From the NCBI GenBank assembly GCA_964016885.1, contig OZ024742.1, positions 299,212,001 to 299,276,000 on the forward strand: DNA of 64,000 nt, given 5' to 3'. Made by a program: the position numbers and the translations under genes. Numbering within the stretch: the stretch's first letter is position 1; every line of letters begins with the position of its first letter. The notes under the pieces were generated by a model, which made no database searches, was not told where the DNA came from, and worked only from the letters and a program-made list of their open reading frames with translations. This document shows positions 1 through 12,600 of the stretch, in pieces. Source of the stretch: Eledone cirrhosa (Eukaryota).

Positions 1-1574
1 ACACCAACTTGCATCTCCTCTTGCCAATCTGTGGCGGAACTCACTGGATGCTGGATATGTGCCAGAAAACCTTCTATCCCAGTCTGTTGTCCCAGTTTTC
101 AAAAAGGGAAACAAATCCCTTGCCGTGAATTACCGTCCAATCTCACTCACCTCTCATATCATTAAGGTATTTGAGAGAGTGGTGAGATCGCGAATGACCC
201 ACTTCCTTGAGAGTAACAATATGCTGAACTCCAACCAGCATGGATTCCGTAATGGAAGGGATTGCCTGACGCAGCTACTGCATCACTTTGATGACATTTT
301 GAGAGCCTTGGGAGAGGGATCCAACACTGATGTTATCTACCTTGATTTCAGCAAGGCCTTTGACAGGGTTGATCATAACATTCTACTGAGAAAGCTGTCC
401 AATATTGGTGTCACTGGAAAGCTGCTGCAGTGGATCAAGAGCTTCCTGTCAAATAGAACCCAACATGTTGTAGTTGAAGGAGTCAAATCCAGCCCAGCCA
501 AAGTCAGTAGTGGGGTCCCACAAGGCACTGTGTTGGGCCCACTTCTCTTCATCATCTATATTAATGACATCACTGACATCATCAAACACAGCAACATTAA
601 AATTTTCGCTGATGATTCCAAGCTCCAAAAGGTCATCAATGGCGTGAATGACCGGATAAGCCTTCAGTCAGACCTACTGGCTGTTACCCAATGGGCGGAA
701 AAGAACAACATGTTACTGAACGAAGACAAATTCGAACTGATCCACTTTGGAAAAGAGGATGCTCTGAAACTCCCGTACTCCCTTCCCTCCGGGGAAACTC
801 TCGTGGCATCTAACAACATCAGAGACTTGGGAGTAACCGTGGACAGCAACATAAGCTGGGCCACGCATATAAGCAGCAAAGTTGACATGGCCCGCAGAAT
901 GTGTTCCTGGATCCTCAGAACCTTCCAGTCGAGAGATTCCCACACCATTATCCTTCTCTTCTCTACTTTTGCCCGACCACACCTTGAATACTGTTGTCCA
1001 CTGTGGTCTCCCCACACGAAACAAAGTATCATGAAACTTGAAGCTCCTCAAAGGGCAATCACGAAAAAGATAGATGGCATGTCAGACCTTGACTACTGGG
1101 GTCGACTAGAAAACCTGAAACTTTACTCACTCCAACGTCGCCGTGAGCGTTATATTATCTGCATGATGTGGAAAATGTTCCATCATCACTGCCCAAATGA
1201 TGTTGGCATCGCCTTCAAGATACACCCAAGGCTTGGGCCCCATGCTATCCGTCCCATTCAAAAATCTAAATCGCAACTCATAAACAACAATACGGCACAA
1301 TTATTTCACCTCAATCGGCCCTGCTCTCTTCAACATCACGCCAGGACACGTCAAAACAGAAACTGACCACACAAAATTCAAGAAGTCTTTGGACAAATTC
1401 CTCCAAGTAATCCCGGACAAACCACCCACACCCGGATATGTCTCCGCAAACAGTAATTCTCTTCTCGAATGGGCCATGGTGCCCAAATCCCGAATTGAAA
1501 GACTTCGCCAGGTGGTGCTATTAAGTTAGACATGGCCTGGGCCAATACTGGCCAAAACATTTCAAAGTTATTCA
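1..1574 (+). mobile_element. 3' part of a CR1/L2/Jockey-group non-LTR retrotransposon (LINE), truncated by the window edge
   Basis: RT ORF 59..1366 with a frameshift near 1290; the shifted frame continues to a TGA at ~1496-1498. Short 3' UTR ends in TTCAAAGTTA x2 followed by (TA)n. Confidence 0.9.
59..1366 (+). CDS. LINE reverse transcriptase (ORF2 C-terminal part, frameshifted near the end)
   Basis: Motifs NYRPISLTS, QHGFR, YLDFSKAFDRVDH, GVPQGTVLGPLLF, FADD and RPHLEYC..WSP. Confidence 0.9.
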   Translation: MPENLLSQSVVPVFKKGNKSLAVNYRPISLTSHIIKVFERVVRSRMTHFLESNNMLNSNQHGFRNGRDCLTQLLHHFDDILRALGEGSNTDVIYLDFSKAFDRVDHNILLRKLSNIGVTGKLLQWIKSFLSNRTQHVVVEGVKSSPAKVSSGVPQGTVLGPLLFIIYINDITDIIKHSNIKIFADDSKLQKVINGVNDRISLQSDLLAVTQWAEKNNMLLNEDKFELIHFGKEDALKLPYSLPSGETLVASNNIRDLGVTVDSNISWATHISSKVDMARRMCSWILRTFQSRDSHTIILLFSTFARPHLEYCCPLWSPHTKQSIMKLEAPQRAITKKIDGMSDLDYWGRLENLKLYSLQRRRERYIICMMWKMFHHHCPNDVGIAFKIHPRLGPHAIRPIQKSKSQLINNNTAQLFHLNRPCSLQHHARTRQNRN

Positions 1575-1603
1575 AAGTTAGTTACATATATATATATATA
1601 TAC

Positions 1604-1650
<47 letters not shown>

Positions 1651-1654
<4 letters not shown>

Positions 1655-2056
1655 AGTATGTATACGTACATACATATATGTATACAGACGTACAGTAGTA
1701 TGTATATACATACATGCACACATATATATATATGTACGTATGGATTCACCGAACATTTATTATAATGCTCGGTGTGTTTGTAAACAAACATCCCGAATTA
1801 AGCCGTACAGTGTCTAGCAACCATCGTTGCTCATTTGTTTAACCCTGACAAAGGAACGCTGTACTAGTTTCAAGCTTATTAGCTATCGTCAGCAACGTAT
1901 ACCTTTCTGCCAGATGATTGAACGTCTGAAAGTATATATTTTCCTTATGCATATTAACGGCTGAGCAGCCTAATTTGCATATCGAGTGAGTTAATCGGCC
2001 GGGGTACCGAAAACGATAAACCGATAAACGAAAAACGGAAAAAATGAAACGAAATT

Positions 2057-2057
<1 letters not shown>
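1651..2057 (-). mobile_element. ORF-less hammerhead-containing element (retrozyme / non-autonomous PLE-like), family A copy 1
   Basis: Highly similar to 20551..20975, flanked by (TA)n on both sides, and contains an HHR at 1856..1898. Confidence 0.75.
1856..1898 (-). ncRNA. Type I hammerhead ribozyme (minimal)
   Basis: Minus strand reads ACGTTG-CTGACGA-TAGCT aata AGCTT-GAAA-CTAG-TA-CAGCGT. Stem I is 6 bp with one G-U, stem II is AGCU/AGCU closed by U.U, stem III is the palindrome ACUAGU, and the triplet is GUA. Confidence 0.75.
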
Positions 2058-2088
<31 letters not shown>

Positions 2089-2091
2089 TAT

Positions 2092-2167
<76 letters not shown>

Positions 2168-3151
2168 AGAAAGTGAAGGAGAGAGAAAAATAACTAAATG
2201 TATCTTTAATATTCATATCAACTTGTCGGTTAAAATCTCAATTGTTATACTCCAATACGTTTTTTCTTCTGTATTTAATCGATATTAATATACAAAAAAT
2301 ATTTTCGTTTCAGTCACCAAATGACAATGCATCTCATGCAATATCTAATAGGGAGAATAAATGTCTATTATTCAGTCTGTGCTGACCGAATTATTAATTC
2401 TCTATTCGACTGTAAATTGGAAAATTGTTCGATGGACAACAGATGAAATGTAATTAGGTTTCATCGAATAATTAATTGCGTCTCGAATCAAATTTAAAAT
2501 TAACAAAAATATGAAGTCTTTAGAGTATTAGAACTAATTAGAAAAATATTATAGGTAGCTTGAAATTCTTTTGTTTATATTTATAGTTCATAGCGTTTTA
2601 TATATTACATTTACTTATATTCATTACTCTTGTAAAACCGTCCTCAAAGTTGTTGATTTTTTTGTACTAAGTTCTCACAAAGACAGTCAACTTATTTCAA
2701 GCGTGATGCAGGAAGAATTATTTTTGTTTTTATTTGATAATGATATAGGAAGAAGCAGCGCTTATAGCGTTCGCATGCCGTCTGAGAGTAGAGAGATCGA
2801 TGTTCATGATGTTCTCTTTAATTTGTTTCAGACTCGCATATTTGGAAAGGAAATGAGGCGATAAGGAAGTATCAAATGGCTAATATTGTAAGCAGATAGG
2901 ACTGGATATAGGGGTCTGTGAAGGTTGGGGTGGCTACAGTACTAAACACTACATGGATGACGATATGTGGAGAAACGAATGAGTCGAAAGTGTTGGCGGA
3001 GAGGTGCATATATTTAGTAAGCTCCGTTGAGCAGATACCATTATCGTAACGGTAGTAGAGAAAGGAGGAGACAACCCATGTGTGGGGAGGAGCTGGGCAG
3101 TGGTAGAGAATGAATGTAAACCGATTATTTGGGTGACATATTTTGGATGTC

Positions 3152-3297
3152 TAGAAGAAGAAGAAGAGCCTTTAAATTTCGGACAACCTTGCAGTGGACG
3201 TTACATTTTGAGTTCAAATCCAGCCGAGATTTGCTCATCAAAGCTGCAAAAATTGGATACATATTCTGGTCAGCTAATAAATGCAAATGGAAGCAAC
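3152..3297 (+). repeat. ~145-bp SINE-like dispersed repeat, copy 1 (copy 2 at 4454..4607)
   Basis: (GAA)n-GAGCCTTTAAATTTCGGACAACC...GAGTTCAAATCC (B-box-like)...GCAAATGGAA, near-identical at both sites. Confidence 0.7.
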
Positions 3298-4084
3298 AAC
3301 AACGCTGTTATGGATATGGGCGCAGTACTCCATTGTACGACATATAGTATAAAGTTTTGTTAATTGACAGTTAAAAATGTAAATGTACTGTTGCAAAATA
3401 AAAGCTATTTCTCATTAATATTTGCTAATTGATTTCTATAAGATAACACAGGAGAAACATTTCTTGAAAAATTAAACATTACGGAAAAATAAAAAAAAAA
3501 CATTTGAAACATATCAACATATTTTTAACGGAATGATATTAAAGAAGAATACGAACCGAGGATGGTCTATTGAACTGGATGTTGATTTCTTGTCAACATT
3601 GCGCGGCTCTGATGTAAAGAGGCTAGAAGGAAAAAAATACAATTTAATGATAAACAATGGTCAAAATAAAAGTAACAAAATATTGAAGAACAGTGCCGTA
3701 AATAGATGCTTTAAAGAGAATAGAAGCGAATAAAAGTATTTAACAATAATGATATCGGACCTTTCTTTAATTCTTTTACTTGCTTCAGTCATGCTGACGC
3801 ACCCCCTTCCAGTGATTTAGTTGATCACCTCCCCTCCAGTATTTATTTTCACAAGTTTAATACTGATTTTGTCGGTCGCTTTTTCTCGAACTGCTAGAAA
3901 ACGGGACATAAACAAACATCAAACTTAAACACAAATACAGAAATACATGCGTATACACAGATATATTAGAGAAGGTAAGCCTGTTTAATTGTTTGGCTGG
4001 ATGTTGGGAGAATGATATTTTTATTCCAAACTACGGACATGTCTTAAATTTACTATGTAAAATATATCCCCATAATTTCGAGAT

Positions 4085-4452
4085 TGTATAAATATACGTG
4101 GCCTGGGGCATCCTGGAAGCAAGGTCACTTGCTCAAAGATTTCAAGTTACTAACTATAGTCAGCCACCAGTGAAACTAGAATTTCCGTCAAGCACGGAAT
4201 AACCGCCATTTTTGACGACTTTGAGAACTACGCAACTATTTGTCGGTCTGGAATGGGAGGCGGGGTGACCTGGCTTTCTGGGAAAGGCCTAGAACGAAAG
4301 ATCTTCCTGAAACCGGACAGAAAGTTTTAGATGGTGGTTGTATATGTTCCTACAGGGGGAGGATGGCCAGAGTTCATCGGGCGTCAGAAGCCTTTCTCAG
4401 AAAGTCTCACCGTTTGCTGGGAACTGGAACGGCATCTTTAGACGCACGCTGG
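4085..4452 (+). pseudogene. Degenerate AP-endonuclease fragment of the Tx1-type LINE family
   Basis: DNA aligns by eye with ~37510..37930 (NIRGLGASWKQGH versus NARGLGSSWKQGH) and carries many indels. Confidence 0.7.
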
Positions 4453-4453
4453 G

Positions 4454-4607
4454 AAGAAGAAGAAGAAGAAGAAGAGCCTTTAAATTTCGGACAACCTTGC
4501 AGTGTAACGTTACATTTTGAGTTCAAATCCAGCCGAGATTTGCTCATCTAAGCTGCAAAAATTGGATACATATTCTGGTCAGCTAATAAATGCAAATGGA
4601 ATGCAAC
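4454..4607 (+). repeat. ~145-bp SINE-like dispersed repeat, copy 2
   Basis: Direct repeat of 3152..3297. Confidence 0.7.
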
Positions 4608-5057
4608 TCAATAAATAGAATTATAATCGGCGGCATTGTGGGAAAACTAAAGAAGAATAAAGGATATCTAATTATCGTCAAAGATCAAGTGATGTGGATG
4701 GATAATGCTAATTTCAAATATAAAAGAAATTATCCAGGCAGACTGCTATGGCTGACTTTCAGTTAGACAATAATGAAATGAATTAAATGATAGTGTGAAG
4801 GACGAATGATTTTGAGAGCTGAATATATGAGGCAGTTAATATTATGTAAATGTTACGGACATTTATTCATAGCACATACTACGGAAAGGTGGTTATATTC
4901 TCTACTATATAGTTCTTTAGCACTTTAGTTTGTTGTATTCATCCCGGTACTAAGGCCATACCGATGCATTACTTCTTTATATGAGGTGATTATATGTGGG
5001 ATTTGCTAGACAGAACCTGTGCGAGAGATCGTCGTGTATATATAAATAAATAAATAA

Positions 5058-5139
<82 letters not shown>

Positions 5140-6400
5140 GTGTATGTGCGTATGTGTATGCTTGTTTACGTTTCCTGCTTGTATATGTCTCGTAATCTAG
5201 TGATTAAACAAACAGACAATCCTCTTGCTCATGCTCGGTGAGACTGGGGTCATCCTAGGTCAGTGATCACAGAGGCATCATCATGTATAGAGCCGACCAG
5301 GTCCACCAGTACCTTCCATCGCTAGTGGTCCTGTGCCAGTCTCTTTGCATTCTTCAAGGCGAATTTTGTACTGGGGTCAATATAATCGACTAAAGTCCTC
5401 CAAGGCAGCACACTAAATGTTCCTAATCTATTGACTGAAACTAATACGATAGTAAAAGAACTATACCTGAATATCATTTCCTAGTTCGTACGAAAGGGGT
5501 GTATTGTCAGGTTTAAACATGTCTAATTATCTCGGCTCACTCCACAGTGAGTTCAAATCCTACTGAGGTTAGTATTTAACTCGATTCTTCTCTCCTTCTC
5601 TCCCCCTCTCTCTTCTTTCTCTGGAACAAATCGACAGCGTTCCTACCCGAAGAAGGATGTGTTCTGCCAGCAGTAAAATGCCCAAGGCACGTTGTGTAAC
5701 AGGACAGCGCCTGTACAATTTTACCAGGATTTGTGAGGCCTTTTACGTTTTTTTTTATTCAATCACCTGAACATCCAACAGGTGAACTGTAAATGACTGA
5801 TTATTCCAAAAAGAACGTGTATCGTGAACGTAATCCCCAATCAGAATCAGCACGGTACAATATTTAACATGGCTTGGCCTTTGTACTACAGTTAACGTCA
5901 ACCCACTTTCACTCACAAACTTTGGGTCGACCTGATCCTATGGTAATGGTGTTTGCTCAAGATACAATACAGTAAGACCCAACCCAATTCCCCATGAATG
6001 CAAAACAAGCATCCTGACCATCTGAACTTTCCTGGTGAACCAAGTCATTGTTATGATTTGGTTTATGGCGACCGTATTTAAAAATATCGATATGTGGATG
6101 TCATTGAAATCTTCAACACTATCCCTGCACGTAAAATTAATCACTTTCCTGTTAGAGATAGGTTCCTCAATACTATACGAAATAATAGAAATATTGATGG
6201 AATTAAGCTACAAGCACGTGCATACGAGTTTAAAGATTTGTCTAACAGTCTGATTTCCCATACATTGGTCTATTGTCCGGATAACATCTCATTAATATGC
6301 AGACAAGAAAACTGATAATCTCTAGTTAGCTAAGTCTGTAGTCATAGCACGAAGAATGTAGGATACGAACTGATACATTATATTCATACATACATACATA

Positions 6401-6508
6401 GTGGTGGCTGCCAACTCGTTTTCGAGTACGGCCACTACTTTATATCCATGTAGGTTAACCCCTACCGATGCGCTGAACGAGTGTGACTTGTTCTTTTTGG
6501 TAAATATC
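6401..6508 (-). mobile_element. Internally deleted copy of the ~610-bp (TACA)n-associated element
   Basis: GTGGCTGCCAACTCGTTTTCGAGTACGGCC...GAGTGTGACTT matches the start of 28701 and 29131; flanked by (TACA)n. Confidence 0.7.
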
Positions 6509-6684
6509 ACATACATACATACATACATTCATACATATTTACATACATCTTACATACATACATAAGTACGTACGTATATACATACATATATAAACTCATG
6601 CAAGTATATATATTTATAGACACATATCCATACACATCCATACACACATAGGTGTATGTATGTATATATATATAGATATATTTT

Positions 6685-6882
6685 GTTTCTGAAATTGTTT
6701 AGAAAGATTCTTTATCTGAAAACGTGTGTTGAAACCGATATTGTTATGCTTTATATGAACAACCGTCCGGTTGTGGAACCAACAAACCAACCGGAAATTT
6801 ATAAATTTAATTTATAATCAATTGGAGTGAAAGCATGATGGTGCGTGTGTTTCTTATTGGCAACATGACCCTCCCAAAGCAT

Positions 6883-6890
<8 letters not shown>
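6685..6890. mobile_element. Miniature fold-back remnant of the PLE terminus seen at 16425..16633
   Basis: 6685..6750 is the reverse complement of ~16563..16630 and 6753..6890 is a direct copy of ~16425..16576. It sits between (TA)n tracts. Confidence 0.8.
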
Positions 6891-6981
<91 letters not shown>

Positions 6982-6985
6982 AAGA

Positions 6986-7020
<35 letters not shown>

Positions 7021-7901
7021 CAAGAGAGAGTGAGAGAGAGAGACACAGAGAGAGAGAATTAGTGTTCTCTCCAACATAGCCCTATGCTTCATGAATGTAA
7101 GGTTTGTATATCGAATGTTATACGAAATGTTTTCGAATAACCATACAAAAGCCTTTTGCTATGAATTGTAAATATCGTCGCTTTTACAATGTCACCACCC
7201 ACCTAGTTCCAACTAAAGGCTTTCCATTGTTTATTCGTAACAATATAGTATATTATTCGATATACTACCCTTACATACATGGATATATGTATATATAAGC
7301 ATGGTTATCATTATTTAAACGTGTGTATTATATTGTGGCACCAGCCATCCACTGATTTTATGTCCTCTTTTCTACGTCTGGATGCCCCTCCTATCACCAA
7401 AAACTTCACAGTGTATACTGGGCGCGTGTTATCGTATATTGACTAAAACTAAAGATGTTGTAGTGTTTGATACAAATCTACTCTATAAGGGCGATAAGAC
7501 GGTGTGAGAAGAGAAGATTGTAGATGTATGAAGATGGATAATTTTGTCTCAATTGACTTAAGAAATATTGGGTAATTTTGAAGTGTTAAATGTATATAGA
7601 TATTGAAAGCCTGTGGTGTTTTGACTAAAGAAACCACTAGTCAGGGTAGTATTCTAAGCATTGGATGAAGCAGAGTTGGCATAAAGGAAGGTAAAAAGCT
7701 TCGGGAATTCGGGAAAGATTCATCATACTTCAGTATACCATTGTGAAGACTCCTACATTCAAGCCGAAATCGCAAGGCACCGCGGTCATCATGTTCGTAC
7801 CTGGCATTATACCCATTCTATATTCCTTCCCATGTATAGAGTACTAGCTTGATTTATGGTTTTTCCCAGTCTCAGCACCGTGGCCTTTCGATATATCACA
7901 G

Positions 7902-7940
<39 letters not shown>

Positions 7941-9039
7941 CACACGTAGATTTTTCTCCATAAAAATGTCTCCTTAATAAAATTTCATACCGTCTGAAGT
8001 AAACAATTGTTGACACGAAATTACCAGTTTAGCCTTTGCAGTTAGTTACAGTCTTGTGGTCAGTAATAAAGTTTGAATAATGACGAGAATCAAATACATG
8101 TCATCAGTGATACAGGATAGGACTACGATTAATTTTAAGAAAATCTTGGAAGTTACATGGAAACTTATTTACGCTTAACCAGTGATTTCATAAACGCAAA
8201 CACGTATAACTTCAGACACGTTCTGAATATATATATCTTATGTGAGAGCTTGTGTGCGCGTATATATTTGGATGTGTGCACGTGTGCAGATGTTGGCATG
8301 TGCGTGTGCCTATGATTGCGTGTCTGCATGTGTATTGCTGGTGTGTTTGTGAGTGTGTGCATTTGTACCCGCGCACGCACGTGTGTATTTGTATGTTTCT
8401 TTGTATGTCTGCATGTTGTTACTATTCTGTTAACTATATCGATGTGTTTAAATGGAATTCTTGTTCCTACACAAGTATGCATTTAGTGGTGATGTGCTTG
8501 TGCCACCATCATGCAAAGAAGAAACAAATTGAATTTTTATATAGAAATTTTATTGATGGAAACATTTCTAATAGCAACATGAAATAAAGGAATTGTTAAA
8601 TAACAGAGAAGGAAACCATAGTATATTTCACTGAAAGGTTCGAAATGCATGGTACAATTGCTCAATATGTTCGATATTTTCTAAGTCCAAGATGCATTTG
8701 TAATGGATATTTTTTCATATTTTATTAATGTTTGAAGTCGGTTAACCATGATTGACAATATAAGCGTACACAATATTTGACACACAATCTACACTTACTG
8801 CACAAAATTTAATTTTGAACTATGAAAGCAGTTGTCATCTGTACGTTAAAACATTCAATGATAAGGTGGGTGTTAAAAATAAATATATATATTCAATATA
8901 ATGTTGTTCCCTGTACATGCGTTTATATTTCACGAGAAAATGTCTATAAAATTATATATCCCCAACTCCTCGTCGTTAGCAGGCAATGAAGAAGCAGTGG
9001 AAGTGTGTTGCAGGCTTTATTTCGTTGTGTCAAAGTGTT

Positions 9040-9330
9040 TGACTTAGTGGCTTGGATTTTCGGCACGCAACCGTAAGTTCATGATTTCGATTACCAGCGG
9101 CGCCTTTTATCCTTGAGCACAACACTTTATTTCACGTTGTTATAGTCCTCTCAGCTAGCAAAAAAGAATTTAATTTCTAGTTTAAGGGATAAGAATTATC
9201 TCACACTGTGTCATGCGGAATCTCACTGAGGTCTTCATTAAGGATACACGCGTTATTGGAATGTCAAGAGAAGGCTGTTCCGGTAATTCAGACACTGCGA
9301 CACTTGTTGTTGGACCAAATGGATTTTCAT
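9040..9330 (+). mobile_element. Degenerate tRNA-derived (CORE-like) SINE
   Basis: A-box-like TAGTGG, B-box-like TTCGATT and TCCTTGAGCAcAACACTTTA core; a similar copy lies at 31297..31400. Confidence 0.5.
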
Positions 9331-9895
9331 CACACACGCGAACATGTTGTTTTCACACGTTAAAGCTACAGGAATTTATGAGGATTATCTACAATATCAT
9401 AACACTAATAATATGTCCATAAAGAAATTAGAATGGAGATTAAACATTGATTTGTAAACAACAGAACACGAGAAACAAACATTTACATCACATTCTAAAA
9501 ATACGTTTTTATGCCATTGATAGGGGAAAAAATGACAAACACGAACTTGAATTTTCCTAAATCAATATGAGTGTGGGGAATGGAATAATGGATGACTAAT
9601 TGAAAGTTTGCCAAAGAATGTCTTAAGATTTCTGCCTAACCATATTAACAGAGATACATTGGAATGTGAAGGAGAAACATAGAACAATCCTTGGATAAAG
9701 AAAAGTTAAAAAGGAAACAATGATGGGGAAACTGAATTTATTTAAAGACCATATATCATGAACCTTTGTGTACACTGGCGAAACTAGAGAGCAAGATGAC
9801 TTATCACTTGCCAAAATGGGAAATGTTAATAAACTTTACTTAGGTGTTGAATACTGTTTCTAGAGACCGTCAATCTCACATGTACACACACACAC

Positions 9896-10023
<128 letters not shown>

Positions 10024-10041
10024 CTCTCTCTCTCTCTCTCT

Positions 10042-10088
<47 letters not shown>

Positions 10089-10237
10089 AACATGTTCAAA
10101 ACCCCGACCACAGAGCCATGTGTGTGTGTGTATGTGTAGGTGTGTGTGTGTGTAAAAGGTAAACAGAAATATCAACACAATCGGTACAGTATATGTAAGG
10201 GATACATTAGGTTAACGCTTGATATAGCAGGAAGAGG

Positions 10238-10275
10238 GTCTTAACGTTTCGGACACTAGTGCTTCATCAGAAGAC
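10238..10275 (-). ncRNA. Minimal type I hammerhead ribozyme
   Basis: Minus strand reads GTCTT-CTGATGA-AGCACTAGTGTCC-GAAA-CG-TT-AAGAC. Stem I is a perfect 5 bp and stem III is the palindrome AACGUU (dimer type). Confidence 0.7.
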
Positions 10276-10387
10276 AAAATGAGAAATAAGATAGATTGAG
10301 GGAACGGGCGGGTTGGAATTGGAAAAAAACGTCTTTAGATAAAAATAACAGCTCCATTCATATGTATTTATGTGTGTGTGTGTGTGC

Positions 10388-10420
<33 letters not shown>

Positions 10421-10879
10421 TAGGTATTTCACTCTCTATCTATCTACGTATCTACCTATCCGTCGGTTTCGACAAAGAGTTTCCCACATCTTCAGTAAAC
10501 GGATCAGTTTGCTCATGATTTTAACGTGTAAGTTACTGAGCATTCTACAAAGACTTAGACTCTTAATGTAATTCTCAGAGAAATTCAGCATGATACGGTG
10601 TTACAAGTCATTTACAAAGTTTCCATCTGTCCAAGTTCACAACAATAACGACGAAACTGGACTGAATTAACTCCATATACAGCACATTAAATTACAAAAT
10701 ATTTGGTTTTGCTGTTATCTGAAGAACTGTGGTTGTTACCGCCACCATGGAAATGGTTATATATCCTATAGAGGAACGCAATGTTTAACAATAACTTATT
10801 TGATACACACGCAGACGTGGATAACAATCGTTCTAAAGGAAATGTATATAAGAATTTGTTTGTGGTTAGAAGTACTTTT

Positions 10880-10935
<56 letters not shown>

Positions 10936-11161
10936 TTTGCACATATATATATAATCCAATAGCTATGCAATTACGTTGAGATACTTAAAGAAGAAATATA
11001 GGAAAATGGATATGTTAGAGTAAATTCACAATATGTTTTTATTTGTAACATGCAAGTTGTCAAATATTTCTGTCAAGTATATGCTCATATTTCTGCGAAG
11101 CCTTCATATATATATATATTAAAATACAAATATTAATAAAATAGATCTTCTTTTGATCAAT

Positions 11162-11220
11162 TACATTTTATTATACATATTTCAGATGTACAACAGTACG
11201 TCCTCATCAGACAAAATATA
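11162..11220 (-). ncRNA. Type I hammerhead ribozyme at the 3' terminus of PLE1
   Basis: TATATTTTGT-CTGATGA-GGACGTAC tgtt GTACATCT-GAAA-TATGTA-TA-ATAAAATGTA. Stem I is 10 bp with two G-U pairs and the triplet is AUA. Confidence 0.85.
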
Positions 11221-12600
11221 AAGATACAGGACATACCCTGAGATGTTAAATGGTTAAGATTTAATCAAGGTAGTGATTAACCTAAGAGAAAGTTTAACAT
11301 TTATACCCTAATAATGAGAAAATGCGAAAACGTAATAAATTCAATAGAGAATGTGTGAGTAAGAAAAACGTTGCTTAATGTAACAGTTATAGAGATTTTA
11401 AAATGTATGATACTACAATTTATGTTTATCTGGAAAAACAGTCAATGAGAGCCACTGGAATATGATATATAGAGAGAGAAATATATGTAGAAGGACATTT
11501 TCCGAAAGTTAAACGGTTAAGTTTGAATATATTTAATTTATGCTATTTTAGGGTGAATAATCAAGATTTTATTTTTTTTTTTAAATTGCTGGTTATTTAT
11601 ATTTATTAGTTTTGTAAATTCTATAAGTGTGTTAACATTTCTAAACTTAGGAATTTTATGAGGATAACATTTAAAGGATTTAGCTGGCCAGCGGAAAGGA
11701 AAGTTTACACTGTTGAATATTTTCCTAAATGTAAACTTTACCAAAGATAATTACTGTCAACAAATTAGGTATGTAAATCTTATGAAGTACTTATTGTTAG
11801 AAATATCTAAATAACGATTATGTATATAGATATATATTAATGAGCCAGTATATTTTAGGTAAATGATAACGAAAATAAAAATAAAATATTAGATTGAGGC
11901 ATGCTAAAGTTAAATATATACCTATATATAACAGGATGTAAATGCATTAATTATTCATAGTTCGTAATAAATAATAATCAAGAAATTTAGAAGTCAACTA
12001 AAAATTATGTATAGAAAGATACAGGGAGGTATATATGGATATAAATTACGTATTATTGATACAGTATGTTTTAGGTAAATGATAACGGTTATAATTTTAT
12101 ATAATAAAGTTCGAACGTGTTATAGTTAAATACATATATATATATAAAAAAAGCAATAATAAATGCATGGATAATTCAGAGTTCAAAATAAGGTCTATAA
12201 TAATTTATAGTTTGTATATTTGCTCTATATTTGAATCATGGATATAAAAATGCAGTAGGTATATTTAAAAAAAAACGTAGAAAATATAATTACATACATA
12301 TTATAAATAAGAGATCAAAAACACATGAAAGATTCACAGTTAGAAATAAGTTCCGTAAAAATGTATGGGTTGGATATTAAACTAAAATTTAAAACTTAGA
12401 TAGGAAGATAAATATAGAGAAATAAAGAAATAATGGTATGGATCAAAGTTAATAATATTATGTTATGTATATCAATGTTCCGGCATGTTATTGAACGAGC
12501 GTTATTTCTTCTATAGATAGTTATAAGATAATGCAATATTAAATACCATTAATGTTTTTCCCTGTTGATTAAATACGTCTGACAACCAAGTTTTTAATGG

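Noticed and set aside
7449-7637. Possible mariner transposase remnant (SLLTPSYRPY...QTLQHL)
   Set aside because: Resemblance is too weak and no TIR was found.
10713-10765. CTGAAGA...GAAA with a GTGGT/ACCGC hairpin
   Set aside because: Stem II is not closed against the core and there is no consistent stem I.
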